The notes beneath the pieces are model-generated. The model saw only the letters and a list, made by a program, of their open reading frames with translations. It was not told where the DNA came from and made no database searches. A stretch of DNA of 64,000 nt. Source: Lachnospiraceae bacterium. GTDB lineage: Bacteria; Bacillota; Clostridia; Lachnospirales; Lachnospiraceae. Positions 50,836 through 59,659 of the stretch are shown here, piece by piece. The translations under genes and the position numbers were made by a program. The stretch is taken from NCBI GenBank assembly GCA_025758065.1, contig CP107199.1, positions 3,312,949-3,376,948 of the forward strand, written 5' to 3'. Each line of letters begins with the position of its first letter. The first letter of the stretch is position 1.

Positions 50836-51183
50836 CTACTTGCGGCTGTCCACCTCTGTCCCACAGATCTTTGGCAGACTTTCCATATACGCTGTCCAGT
50901 TAAATGCACCTGTTTTCTGATACATATCATCGATCATGGAACGTACCACTTCTGCTGCTTCTCCATAACCTCTGGCAATACCCAGGATCAGAAGCTCCCT
51001 GCTTTCCCGTTCTTCTTTACGCAAAAGACTTACAGGACGTATATCAAGTATATGATTGCCGCTTTCCGGCAAAGTAATCACATAAGTATCAGGAAGCAGA
51101 CTTCCGTTGCGCAATCCTTCCAGGATACGCCTTCTGTTCCTGGCTGCATTTTCACCTATATACATATGCTCCCACCAGCGCAT
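50836..51183 (-). CDS. Hypothetical protein
   Basis: 115-aa ORF in operon orientation (YVITLPES..HILDI, ILGIARGY.EA). Confidence 0.7.
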   Translation of the reverse strand: MRWWEHMYIGENAARNRRRILEGLRNGSLLPDTYVITLPESGNHILDIRPVSLLRKEERESRELLILGIARGYGEAAEVVRSMIDDMYQKTGAFNWTAYMESLPKICGTEVDSRK

Positions 51184-51239
51184 AAAACCAACCTTTCACA
51201 TGTTGCTGTCCCTCGCAGGAAACCATTTTTCCCTGCGTA

Positions 51240-52568
51240 TCATACCTGTTCCATAATAGAACGTATCATACGGATACAGCCGTCTTTTTCCACTTCGTCA
51301 CTGCAGCATTCCAGACTGTTTTTAATATATTTTTCAGCCTCATCTGATGACTTAAATGTAATAGGCAGTATCGAAAGACACTTTGCCATGGCAGCCCTTG
51401 TCAACACCTTCGGAAGCTCCTTCCATGACTCCCTGATATCCGCAAACAGCTGTTCTAATCCCTTTCTGATCATTTCTTCGTCTGCTGTTTCCTCTAAATC
51501 CTTATACTCCAGAGAAGCAAAAGAGCTTCCGGATAAGAGCAGTCCTGTTTTCCACAGCACCTCTGTCACTGGAGAAACATCCTTTGACAATTCTTCCATA
51601 GGGATCTCATTGGCCATCCACTGCTCAAAGCTGCTTTCTTGTTTTCCTTCCAGTTTTGGAAGAAGATCTGCTGTTTCTGCAGGTATCTCTTTCCATTTAT
51701 CTTCCTTAAACAGTTCAAGAACCTCTCCCAGTATCCTTGTCATAACCTGTGTTTCTTCCAGATCCACCATAGCATGGTCTTCACATAAAAGCAGCACATA
51801 CAGATCATTGACCATATCCATTAACATTAAAATATCCCCAGTCGCTTCACTTAACAGTTCACCTGCTTCCTCCAGCTTAGAAGAAAGGTGATAATATCCT
51901 GCCGCTTCTAAGGTACTAAAATCTGCCTGTAAAAATTCCTTCAGAATCTGGTACAGTTTTTTATAAGAATCTTCCTCATTTTCAGTCCCAGAAGTTTTGG
52001 GCCTGTTTAAAAGAGCCTCTGAGCGGAGCATATACAGCATATCATCCAGCCCAGCCTTTGGAGCTCCTTTATAAACGCTCATTCCTTCCTCAATAATAGC
52101 AAAGAATTTATTTTTAGTAAAACGCACTGGCAGCTGGCTGATGATCTGCTGAAAACGTTCATGAAAATCCGCTGGATCATCAGACTGGGTAAGATAGCTT
52201 ATGATCTCATCTAATAAAGCATCTGTATCTTCCGGCTGCTTTCCTACCAGTTGAGGCATAAAACGGCCTTCTACCCGGTTCATTACATATTCGTAGGCCT
52301 GAAAAATATCTGTATAGGCAGTCAGTTTTTCCATCTCCTTGATCGTATCCTGACGAAGTGCCTCAAATCCATCTAAAGACACGCTCTTTTTTTCCAGAAA
52401 AGAGCCAAGAAATCCAAAATATCTCTCATATAGCGCCAGCACACTGGCATTCGGTTCACCAGTCTTTTCTGCCATCATTTCATAACAGGTATAAAAATTC
52501 AATGTCATACGGATGAAAGAATAATGATATGCAGCCGTAAGACGACGTTTGAGCTTTTTTATTTCCAT
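51240..52568 (-). CDS. Hypothetical protein (acidic, predicted helical)
   Basis: 442-aa ORF with a GAGG RBS, in operon orientation; no motif recognised. Confidence 0.8.
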   Translation of the reverse strand: MEIKKLKRRLTAAYHYSFIRMTLNFYTCYEMMAEKTGEPNASVLALYERYFGFLGSFLEKKSVSLDGFEALRQDTIKEMEKLTAYTDIFQAYEYVMNRVEGRFMPQLVGKQPEDTDALLDEIISYLTQSDDPADFHERFQQIISQLPVRFTKNKFFAIIEEGMSVYKGAPKAGLDDMLYMLRSEALLNRPKTSGTENEEDSYKKLYQILKEFLQADFSTLEAAGYYHLSSKLEEAGELLSEATGDILMLMDMVNDLYVLLLCEDHAMVDLEETQVMTRILGEVLELFKEDKWKEIPAETADLLPKLEGKQESSFEQWMANEIPMEELSKDVSPVTEVLWKTGLLLSGSSFASLEYKDLEETADEEMIRKGLEQLFADIRESWKELPKVLTRAAMAKCLSILPITFKSSDEAEKYIKNSLECCSDEVEKDGCIRMIRSIMEQV

Positions 52569-52595
52569 TCCAGTTTCTACCTCATATTCTCAATA

Positions 52596-52660
52596 ATGTT
52601 CTCTCGGAATCTTTCTGTGCCTGATTTTATGAGAAGATTTTTTATCAGTTGTGCCCAAAT
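52596..52660 (-). repeat. Family A palindromic repeat, half copy
   Basis: ATGTTCTCTCGGAATCTTTCTGTGCCTGATTTTATGAGAAGATTTTTTATCAGTTGTGCCCAAAT matches the reverse complement of the right arm of 39882-40044. Confidence 0.85.
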
Positions 52661-52661
52661 A

Positions 52662-53906
52662 TCAGTCTGCCTTTAACACACAGCGGCGCACCAGATCCAG
52701 GGCCTTCATCATAGACTGTTCACGGATCTTACCTCTGTTCCCTTTAAAATGATATTCCAAAACTTCTGCTTTTCCCTTTACAGCGCAGGCCATATAAACA
52801 AGCCCCACCGGTTTCTCCTGGCTTCCGCCTCCAGGACCTGCAAGGCCGGTAACTGCCACGCACACATCTGTCTGGGAACGTTCAGCTCCACCTAACGCCA
52901 TTTCCAAAGCAGTTTCACGGCTGACTGCACCATAGGCTGCCAGAGTTTCCTCTTTTACACCTAGAAGCCGTATTTTCGCCTCATTGGAGTAAGTGACCAT
53001 TCCCTGCATAAACACATCAGAAACGCCGGAAACATTTACAAGGCGGGCAGCGATCATTCCACCTGTACAGGACTCGGCAGTTGCCATAGTCAGATGCTTC
53101 TTCTGTAAAAGATCCACTACTGCCATTTCCAGTGTCACATCTTCTTCTGTGGTAAAGATACAATCCCCAAAACGGGCAAACAGTTCTGCCATTACAGGCG
53201 CGATCAGGGCTTCCCCTTCTTCCCTGGTAGCTGCTTTCGCAGTAAGACGTACCTGTACCTCTGCTGTTTTTGCATAAGTGGCAATGGTAGGATTGGTCTG
53301 TTTATCTATCAGATCCAGTATTTTATCTTCCACCTGACTCTCACCATATCCGCAGATCTTCACCATATGGGATACCAGCTGGGAATTCTGTCTTTTTTCC
53401 AGATAAGGAAATACCTGTCCTTCAAATAAAGGATACAGTTCATTTGGCGGTCCGGGAAGTAAAATAGCGGTTTTACCATTTTTTTCCATAATAAGTCCCG
53501 GTGCCATGCCATTAGGATTATCCAGCACAACGGATCCATGGGGAATCGTTATCATTTTCCAGTTGTTTTCCGGTATTTCTTTGTAGATATTATTCTTAAA
53601 AAAAGCTTCCAGACAAGCTCTGGTATGAGGATCCTCTTCCAGTTCCATTCCCATAGCTTCTGCACATACTTCTTTTGTCAGGTCATCCTCTGTAGGTCCA
53701 AGTCCACCGGTAACGATAATGATATCAGAACGGCCCAGTGCTGTTTTTACAACTGACATCATCCTCTCATAATTATCGCCTACTGTTACCTGATAATACA
53801 TATCCAGTCCTAATGAGGCACATTTCTCTGCCAGATATCTGGCATTGCTGTTTAAAATATTCCCCATTAAGATCTCAGTTCCCACACTGATCAGTTCTGC
53901 TGTCAT
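52662..53906 (-). CDS. cinA: Competence/damage-inducible protein A (MoCF plus NMN deamidase domains)
   Basis: ISVGTEIL, GGLGPTEDDLT, LPGPPNE and AESCTGG. Confidence 0.95.
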   Translation of the reverse strand: MTAELISVGTEILMGNILNSNARYLAEKCASLGLDMYYQVTVGDNYERMMSVVKTALGRSDIIIVTGGLGPTEDDLTKEVCAEAMGMELEEDPHTRACLEAFFKNNIYKEIPENNWKMITIPHGSVVLDNPNGMAPGLIMEKNGKTAILLPGPPNELYPLFEGQVFPYLEKRQNSQLVSHMVKICGYGESQVEDKILDLIDKQTNPTIATYAKTAEVQVRLTAKAATREEGEALIAPVMAELFARFGDCIFTTEEDVTLEMAVVDLLQKKHLTMATAESCTGGMIAARLVNVSGVSDVFMQGMVTYSNEAKIRLLGVKEETLAAYGAVSRETALEMALGGAERSQTDVCVAVTGLAGPGGGSQEKPVGLVYMACAVKGKAEVLEYHFKGNRGKIREQSMMKALDLVRRCVLKAD

Positions 53907-53909
53907 GTT

Positions 53910-54452
53910 TTACATGCCTCCTTTTGTAAGCACCTCAATATTTTTCGCCACATAATCCACCAGTGAGATCACTGTAAGCACTACTGCGATCACCAGCATG
54001 ATCATAGTTACAGTTGCTAAAGCCGGAATATTAAAGATCATAAGGATCACTGCGATCATCTGGAAGGTAGTTTTAAACTTGCCCCAATAGCTTGCTGCGA
54101 TCACAATACCGTTGTCTGCTGCTACCAGGCGAAAACCGCTGATGATGAACTCACGGCTGATGATAATGATCACTACCCATGCAGGCAGCTGTCCTAACTG
54201 GATCAGGCAGATGAGGGCCGAACATACCAGCAGCTTATCTGCCAGTGGATCCATAAATTTACCGAAATTAGTGACCAGATTATACTTACGGGCGATCTTT
54301 CCATCAAAAAGGTCTGTAAGACTGGCTACGATAAAAATCACGTTTGCAACAATACGCATGGTCTGGCTGCTTCCATTGTCGTATAAAAGGGCCGCTACGA
54401 AAAAAGGGATCAGGATCACACGCATAACAGTTAATTTATTCGGCAGATTCAT
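53910..54452 (-). CDS. pgsA: CDP-diacylglycerol--glycerol-3-phosphate 3-phosphatidyltransferase
   Basis: MNLPNKLT and TDLFDGKIARKYNLVTNFGKFMDPLADK. Confidence 0.96.
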   Translation of the reverse strand: MNLPNKLTVMRVILIPFFVAALLYDNGSSQTMRIVANVIFIVASLTDLFDGKIARKYNLVTNFGKFMDPLADKLLVCSALICLIQLGQLPAWVVIIIISREFIISGFRLVAADNGIVIAASYWGKFKTTFQMIAVILMIFNIPALATVTMIMLVIAVVLTVISLVDYVAKNIEVLTKGGM

Positions 54453-55803
54453 GATATACCTCCCCGATCAGGTCATACTCATTTGCTCCGGTTACTTTTA
54501 CCCTTACAAAATCACCGGACATCAGCATTTCATCGGCATTTACAAAAATAAGCCCATCTACATTCGGTGCATCCATATAGGTACGTCCCACATATGCAGG
54601 TTCATCAGCTACTTTTCCCTCGATCATAACATCCAGAACTTTTCCTACCATGTTTTCGCAGTGTTCAAAAGCGATCTCCTGCTGCAGTTCCATTACATCT
54701 GCGCGCCGCTCCTCTTTTACTTCCTCCGGGATCTGGTCCGGATAGGAATAAGCCGGCGTATCCTCTTCTGCAGAGTAAGTAAATACACCTACACGCTCAA
54801 ATTCCATTTCATCTACAAATTCCATTAATTCTTCATGGTCTTCCTGTGTTTCTCCCGGGAAACCGCAGATGAAGGTGGTACGCAGGGCAATGTCCGGGAT
54901 CTCACGGCGAAGGGCACTGATACGCTCCTTCAGTTCTGCTTTGTGGGTCCGTCTTCCCATTCTCCGTAAAATACGGTCGCTGGCATGCTGGATCGGAATG
55001 TCCAGATAATGACATACTTTTTCCTCAGACTTAATAGTCTGGATCAGCTCATCTGTGATCTCCTCCGGATAGCAGTACTGGATACGGATCCAGTAAATAC
55101 CTGGGATCTGGGCCAGTTCATGAAGAAGCTTTGGAAGACTCTTTTCACCATACAGGTCTTTTCCGTAAAGAGTTGTCTCCTGGGCAACTAAGATCAGCTC
55201 TCTTACCCCATTGTCAGCCAGTTCTCTTGCCTCAGCTAACAGCTGCTCCATAGGCACACTGCGGTAAGGCCCTCTTAAATAAGGGATGATACAGTAGGTA
55301 CAGCGCTTGTCGCACCCTTCCGCGATCTTTAAAAAAGCATAATGTCCACCTGTGGTCATCACACGTTTTTCTGCCTGCGTCGGCAGTTCTTTTAAATCAT
55401 GGAAACAGGAAATATGCTCTGCTTTCTTTTCTTCCCCATTTTCTCCAAATAGACGGGTAAGTACATTTCCAATCTCTTCATAAGAAGTAGTTCCCAAAAT
55501 AGCATCTACTTCCGGGATCTCATCAATGATCTCCTGCTTATAGCGTTGTGCCAGACATCCTGCAACGATCAAAGCGCGGCATTTCCCCTCTTCTTTATAG
55601 CGGGCCATATCTAAAATAGTATTAACGCTTTCTTCCTTGGCATCACCGATAAAACAGCAGGTATTAATAAGGATGGCATCTGCCTCTGTCTCATCATCTG
55701 TAAAAGAAACACCAAGCCCACCTGCTACTCCTAACATTTTCTCCGTGTCTACCAGGTTCTTATCGCAGCCTAAAGACACACAAAACAACTTAATTTTTTC
55801 CAT
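54436..55803 (-). CDS. rimO: Ribosomal protein S12 methylthiotransferase
   Basis: SLGCDKNLVD, KIAEGCDKRCTYC and a TRAM domain (DAPNVDG). Confidence 0.95.
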   Translation of the reverse strand: MEKIKLFCVSLGCDKNLVDTEKMLGVAGGLGVSFTDDETEADAILINTCCFIGDAKEESVNTILDMARYKEEGKCRALIVAGCLAQRYKQEIIDEIPEVDAILGTTSYEEIGNVLTRLFGENGEEKKAEHISCFHDLKELPTQAEKRVMTTGGHYAFLKIAEGCDKRCTYCIIPYLRGPYRSVPMEQLLAEARELADNGVRELILVAQETTLYGKDLYGEKSLPKLLHELAQIPGIYWIRIQYCYPEEITDELIQTIKSEEKVCHYLDIPIQHASDRILRRMGRRTHKAELKERISALRREIPDIALRTTFICGFPGETQEDHEELMEFVDEMEFERVGVFTYSAEEDTPAYSYPDQIPEEVKEERRADVMELQQEIAFEHCENMVGKVLDVMIEGKVADEPAYVGRTYMDAPNVDGLIFVNADEMLMSGDFVRVKVTGANEYDLIGEVYHESAE

Positions 55804-55972
55804 ATGATAAATCTGCTCCTAAATCAAATCTGTATTCTCATCCTGACTTTCATTTGTGGTAATATCACCATCCGGCAACATATCCGCTTACAAGAAAAAG
55901 CCATCTCTTGCACCTGGCGCCCCGGCTCTTCCGGCGGTGCTCTGATGCAGCAGACGGCTTTTTTCTAAAGTC

Positions 55973-56251
55973 TTATGCCTGTTCTTCGGTTGTATCCAGT
56001 TCTTCCTCTGCGGATGGCTCCTCTTCCGGAAGGATTTTTACCTTCTGCTGATACAGCTCATCAATAGCAATAGATAAAGGTTTTTTCCCTGCAGCGCCTG
56101 CAACCATGGCATCATCACCTGCGATCAGCTGTCTTGCACGTTTGGAAGCTGCAATAACGATAGAATAACGGCTCTGGACTACAGGCTGCTCACCTGGTTC
56201 AATATCTTTGTTTACAACGTTGATCAGATCTGTGTATGATGGATGTAACAT
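55973..56251 (-). CDS. rpoZ: RNA polymerase omega subunit
   Basis: MLHPSY...SRYSIVIAASKRARQL...KPLSIAIDE; follows gmk. Confidence 0.93.
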   Translation of the reverse strand: MLHPSYTDLINVVNKDIEPGEQPVVQSRYSIVIAASKRARQLIAGDDAMVAGAAGKKPLSIAIDELYQQKVKILPEEEPSAEEELDTTEEQA

Positions 56252-56340
56252 ATTACATTCCCCTTTCAATGTGGATTTTATAGTGTTTTTGTTTTATATG
56301 ATTGGTTTTTGGAATTACCAAATTTTTCTGTATTGCGCTT

Positions 56341-56973
56341 TTATTTCAGATCATCTAAATGGTACAGTTCTTCCCGCATCCTGCTTAAGAAGTCCAGATG
56401 ATAGCAGGTCTTTCTGTGCTGTAACTGGATCAGGTTGTGCATCTCTTCCACACAGCGGTCCAGATCATCATTGACCAGCAGATAATCGTAGGCTTCCATA
56501 CCGGAAGCTTCTTCTGCTGCCCGGGCCAGTCTGGCATTGATCACTTCTAAGGTCTCTGTACCCCTTCCTACCAGACGTTTGCGCAGTTCCTCAGCACTTG
56601 GCGGGGTTACAAATAACAACAGGGCATCCGGGAAGCGCTTTTTCACTTTTAACGCACCCTGGATCTCGATCTCTAAGATCACATCTTTTCCCTCTGCCAT
56701 TTTCTGTTCTACGTATTCCTTTGGCGTGCCATAATAATGATTTACATACTGGGCATACTCGATCAGTTTCTGCTCATCACGCATCTTTTCAAACTGTTCC
56801 TTTGAAACGAAAAAATACTCTTTTCCGTCTGTTTCCCCTTCTCTGGGTGCCCTGGTAGTAGCAGATATAGACAATGCATAATTGTCATACCGCTTTAACA
56901 GTTCTTTCATCAAAGTTCCTTTGCCTGCGCCGGAGAATCCGGATACAACGACTAAAATTCCCTGATGGTCCAT
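56341..56973 (-). CDS. gmk: Guanylate kinase
   Basis: SGFSGAGKGT, SATTRAPREGE and YYGTP. Confidence 0.97.
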   Translation of the reverse strand: MDHQGILVVVSGFSGAGKGTLMKELLKRYDNYALSISATTRAPREGETDGKEYFFVSKEQFEKMRDEQKLIEYAQYVNHYYGTPKEYVEQKMAEGKDVILEIEIQGALKVKKRFPDALLLFVTPPSAEELRKRLVGRGTETLEVINARLARAAEEASGMEAYDYLLVNDDLDRCVEEMHNLIQLQHRKTCYHLDFLSRMREELYHLDDLK

Positions 56974-57009
56974 AAAATGCCTCCTGCCATTTTTATTCAG
57001 TCAAAAATG

Positions 57010-57888
57010 TTATTCAATATTCTGGATCTGCTCTCTTACTTTTTCAATCTCTGTCTTTAAAGCAATAGCTTTGTCTGAAATAGCAAGATCACTGGATTTA
57101 GAAAGAATGGTATTTGCCTCCCGATTCATCTCCTGGGCAATGAAATCCAGTTTACGTCCTACACTTTCCCCGGATAAAAGCTCTCTTTTTGTATTTTCAA
57201 TATGGCTTCTCAGACGGACAGTTTCCTCATCTACACAGATCTTATCTGCATAGATCACAACCTCCGCTGCAATACGCCCTTCATCCATAGGAGTACCATT
57301 TAACAGCTCTTTCACCTTATCTTCTAACTTCTGTCTGTATTCTTTTAAAATAGCAGGGGAACGTTCTTCGATAAAGTCCACCAGTTCTGTCATATAATCC
57401 AGCTTACCTAAAAGATCTTCTTTTAAATGATTTCCCTCTGTCTCTCTGGAAGCAACAAACTTTTTTGCTGCCTCTTCCAATGCAGCAGAAAGGATCTCCC
57501 AAAGATGCTCCTCATCATCCGGGACCTGTTCCATCGTCAGAACTTCCGGACATCTGGAAAGAGCAGATACCTGGATATCATTACGGATACCAAACTCTTC
57601 TTCCATTTTTCTGAAGTATTCCATATATTCCCCAGCCAGGATCCTGTTATACTTCAAGCAGAGGTTGCCTTCTGTATAGTCTTCGTAATTGATAAAAAGA
57701 TCCACTTTACCTCTCTGGATGTACTTCTTTAAAAGGGTACGGATCGCAGCCTCAAAATAATTGAACTTCTTCGGCATCTTGATACTTAAGTCCAGGTATC
57801 TGTGATTTACCGCTTTCATCTCTACAGAAATCTTGTATTCATCCGTAGCATTCTCGCATCTTCCGAAACCGGTCATGCTCTTTAACAT
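57010..57888 (-). CDS. yicC: YicC/YloC family endoribonuclease
   Basis: MLKSMTGFGR, VNHRYLD, GRKLDFIAQEMNREANT and REQIQNIE. Confidence 0.95.
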   Translation of the reverse strand: MLKSMTGFGRCENATDEYKISVEMKAVNHRYLDLSIKMPKKFNYFEAAIRTLLKKYIQRGKVDLFINYEDYTEGNLCLKYNRILAGEYMEYFRKMEEEFGIRNDIQVSALSRCPEVLTMEQVPDDEEHLWEILSAALEEAAKKFVASRETEGNHLKEDLLGKLDYMTELVDFIEERSPAILKEYRQKLEDKVKELLNGTPMDEGRIAAEVVIYADKICVDEETVRLRSHIENTKRELLSGESVGRKLDFIAQEMNREANTILSKSSDLAISDKAIALKTEIEKVREQIQNIE

Positions 57889-57927
57889 ATGAATGCCTCT
57901 CTTTCGTTTTCCTATATAATCTTAATT

Positions 57928-57956
57928 ATTATAATTCATCAGGAAAAGCAAGTCAA
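57928..57956 (-). promoter_or_regulatory. Sigma-A promoter of yicC-gmk-rpoZ
   Basis: TTGACT-17 nt-TATAAT. Confidence 0.7.
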
Positions 57957-58003
57957 CTGAAAATCATTAACCAGACACAGCCCTTTAAGGATTTCCGGAT
58001 TTC

Positions 58004-59554
58004 CAGGGATTTCGCTTTTAGCACTGTATATTTATAAATAGTGCCCCTCTCACGCTTATTTTCTCTTTTGCTTCCTGAATAGCTGAATGCGCACAACGTC
58101 CCCCCTTAGTTAAATTTAGCTCATTTCAAAGCGCCTGTTTTTATTTTCCCACTGACAGACTATCCGCCCTTTTCATACAAGATACTTTTTACTTTTTCCA
58201 ATAATAGCTCATCACAAAACTTCCGGTTCACACTTTTTCGGCTGATTCCACTTTCTTTAAATCTTTGAATACGGCGATACAGGTATAATTCTCTCATGTT
58301 GAAGCCGATGATCATCAGATCAAATATTACTTCTGTTGCTGCATGGCAATAGCAATGTTTTGCGTGATAATACGTTTTCAACTGGTGGAATCCATTCTCT
58401 TCTATATCCCATCTTCGGTTCATCATCTCCCATAAAACCCGAGGTTCCCCTTGATCCAGAGTCGTTACCAGCCACATCCGGCGTTCGTTTTCTTTCCAGC
58501 TTTCATGATATCGGATCACACGAAGCTTATGGGGACTATTATCTATCTCAAATCCTGAAAGATCCCAGACTTCTATATTCTTTTTTCCACAGGTAAACGA
58601 CCTTTTTTTCCCCTCATCCCGCTTAAACAGGCTTTCCGCATCCTGAAACAGTTCCCTTCGTTCATCTTTTAGTCGGATCACCGCATCCAGTCCGCACTCT
58701 TTTATCGTATTGATAAATGGGGCATTCAGATACAGCGCATCTGCTACGATCACATCTGCGAAATGTCCGTGTCTTTCCTTCAGACGTCTGATCAGCTTTT
58801 TTCCTCCTGTCAGTTCTCCTTCATCTTTTTCCGCTCCGTCCCTCGGTTTTAACATTTCCTGGCCCAGGATTACATGTGGCGTTTTTCCTACTGTCATACA
58901 GACCACGCTCCGGTGGAAATATTCTGTTTCACCTGCACGGTTTTTCCGGCTAAGGCAGTCCGAACAGGACTTTTTTGTGCTGTTGAACAATTCCACTCCA
59001 TCGATACCGGCTACAACATATCCACCTATAGTCCCTTCCCGAAATACACGGTTGCTTTTTATGATATCGATCGTCTGGTCGTGGATCTCACGGATCTCAT
59101 CTGGATCTATCTGGGTAAGAAGGTCACGGACCGCATCAATTTTAGGTATTTTTCCATGTATGCAGTTTTTCAATCGTTTTCCCATACTTTCAGGCGCAGA
59201 AAAAACTGTATGAAAACTCTCATACTGCAGCATCAGAAAGAGCAGTGCCGGCATGACGATATTAAATAATGGGATCGTTCTTCTTTTTCTTTTGTCCGAT
59301 AACCCCTTGATTTTCTCCGGGATTTTATATACACTTTTCATATAAGTTAGCAGCTTCTTTAATGCTAATTTTTCATTAAGGACACCTTCTTTCGTGTTGT
59401 TTTGTGGGTAACATAATTATACAATAAAAGGTGTCCTTTTTGATTGCTTATGCAGAAAAAACAGTAACTTTTTATTCAATATGAGAATTCCCCGTTCTGC
59501 CAGATGGATCCCTTGCAAAACGGGGAACTTTTTATCTTAAAAGCGAAATCCCTG
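58004..59554 (-). mobile_element. Complete insertion sequence (1551 bp), DDE type, family uncertain
   Basis: Perfect 17-bp TIRs CAGGGATTTCGCTTTTA (58004-58020 and 59538-59554). 9-bp target duplication CCGGATTTC (57995-58003 and 59555-59563). Confidence 0.93.
58160..59341 (-). CDS. DDE transposase (DDE_Tnp_1-like)
   Basis: AGIDGVE, VADALY and RRWDIEENGFHQLK catalytic triad; lies inside the TIRs. Confidence 0.9.
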   Translation of the reverse strand: MKSVYKIPEKIKGLSDKRKRRTIPLFNIVMPALLFLMLQYESFHTVFSAPESMGKRLKNCIHGKIPKIDAVRDLLTQIDPDEIREIHDQTIDIIKSNRVFREGTIGGYVVAGIDGVELFNSTKKSCSDCLSRKNRAGETEYFHRSVVCMTVGKTPHVILGQEMLKPRDGAEKDEGELTGGKKLIRRLKERHGHFADVIVADALYLNAPFINTIKECGLDAVIRLKDERRELFQDAESLFKRDEGKKRSFTCGKKNIEVWDLSGFEIDNSPHKLRVIRYHESWKENERRMWLVTTLDQGEPRVLWEMMNRRWDIEENGFHQLKTYYHAKHCYCHAATEVIFDLMIIGFNMRELYLYRRIQRFKESGISRKSVNRKFCDELLLEKVKSILYEKGG

Positions 59555-59659
59555 CCGGATTTCTGTAACACTTTTCTATTTGCAGAAAATGTGGTATCCT
59601 TATAAAAGCAGTCTGCCTGCAGTACTGCTTTATTTTTTAATTGACAGGAGTGAATATAA

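Noticed and set aside
51052..51891. Long antisense ORFs (e.g. 51052-51891, 9684-10499, 54112-54828)
   Set aside because: Shadow frames opposite well-supported genes, with no recognisable motifs or RBS.
23787..52660. Dispersed repeats as a possible CRISPR array
   Set aside because: Copies are kilobases apart with no repeat-spacer periodicity, and there are no cas genes in the window.
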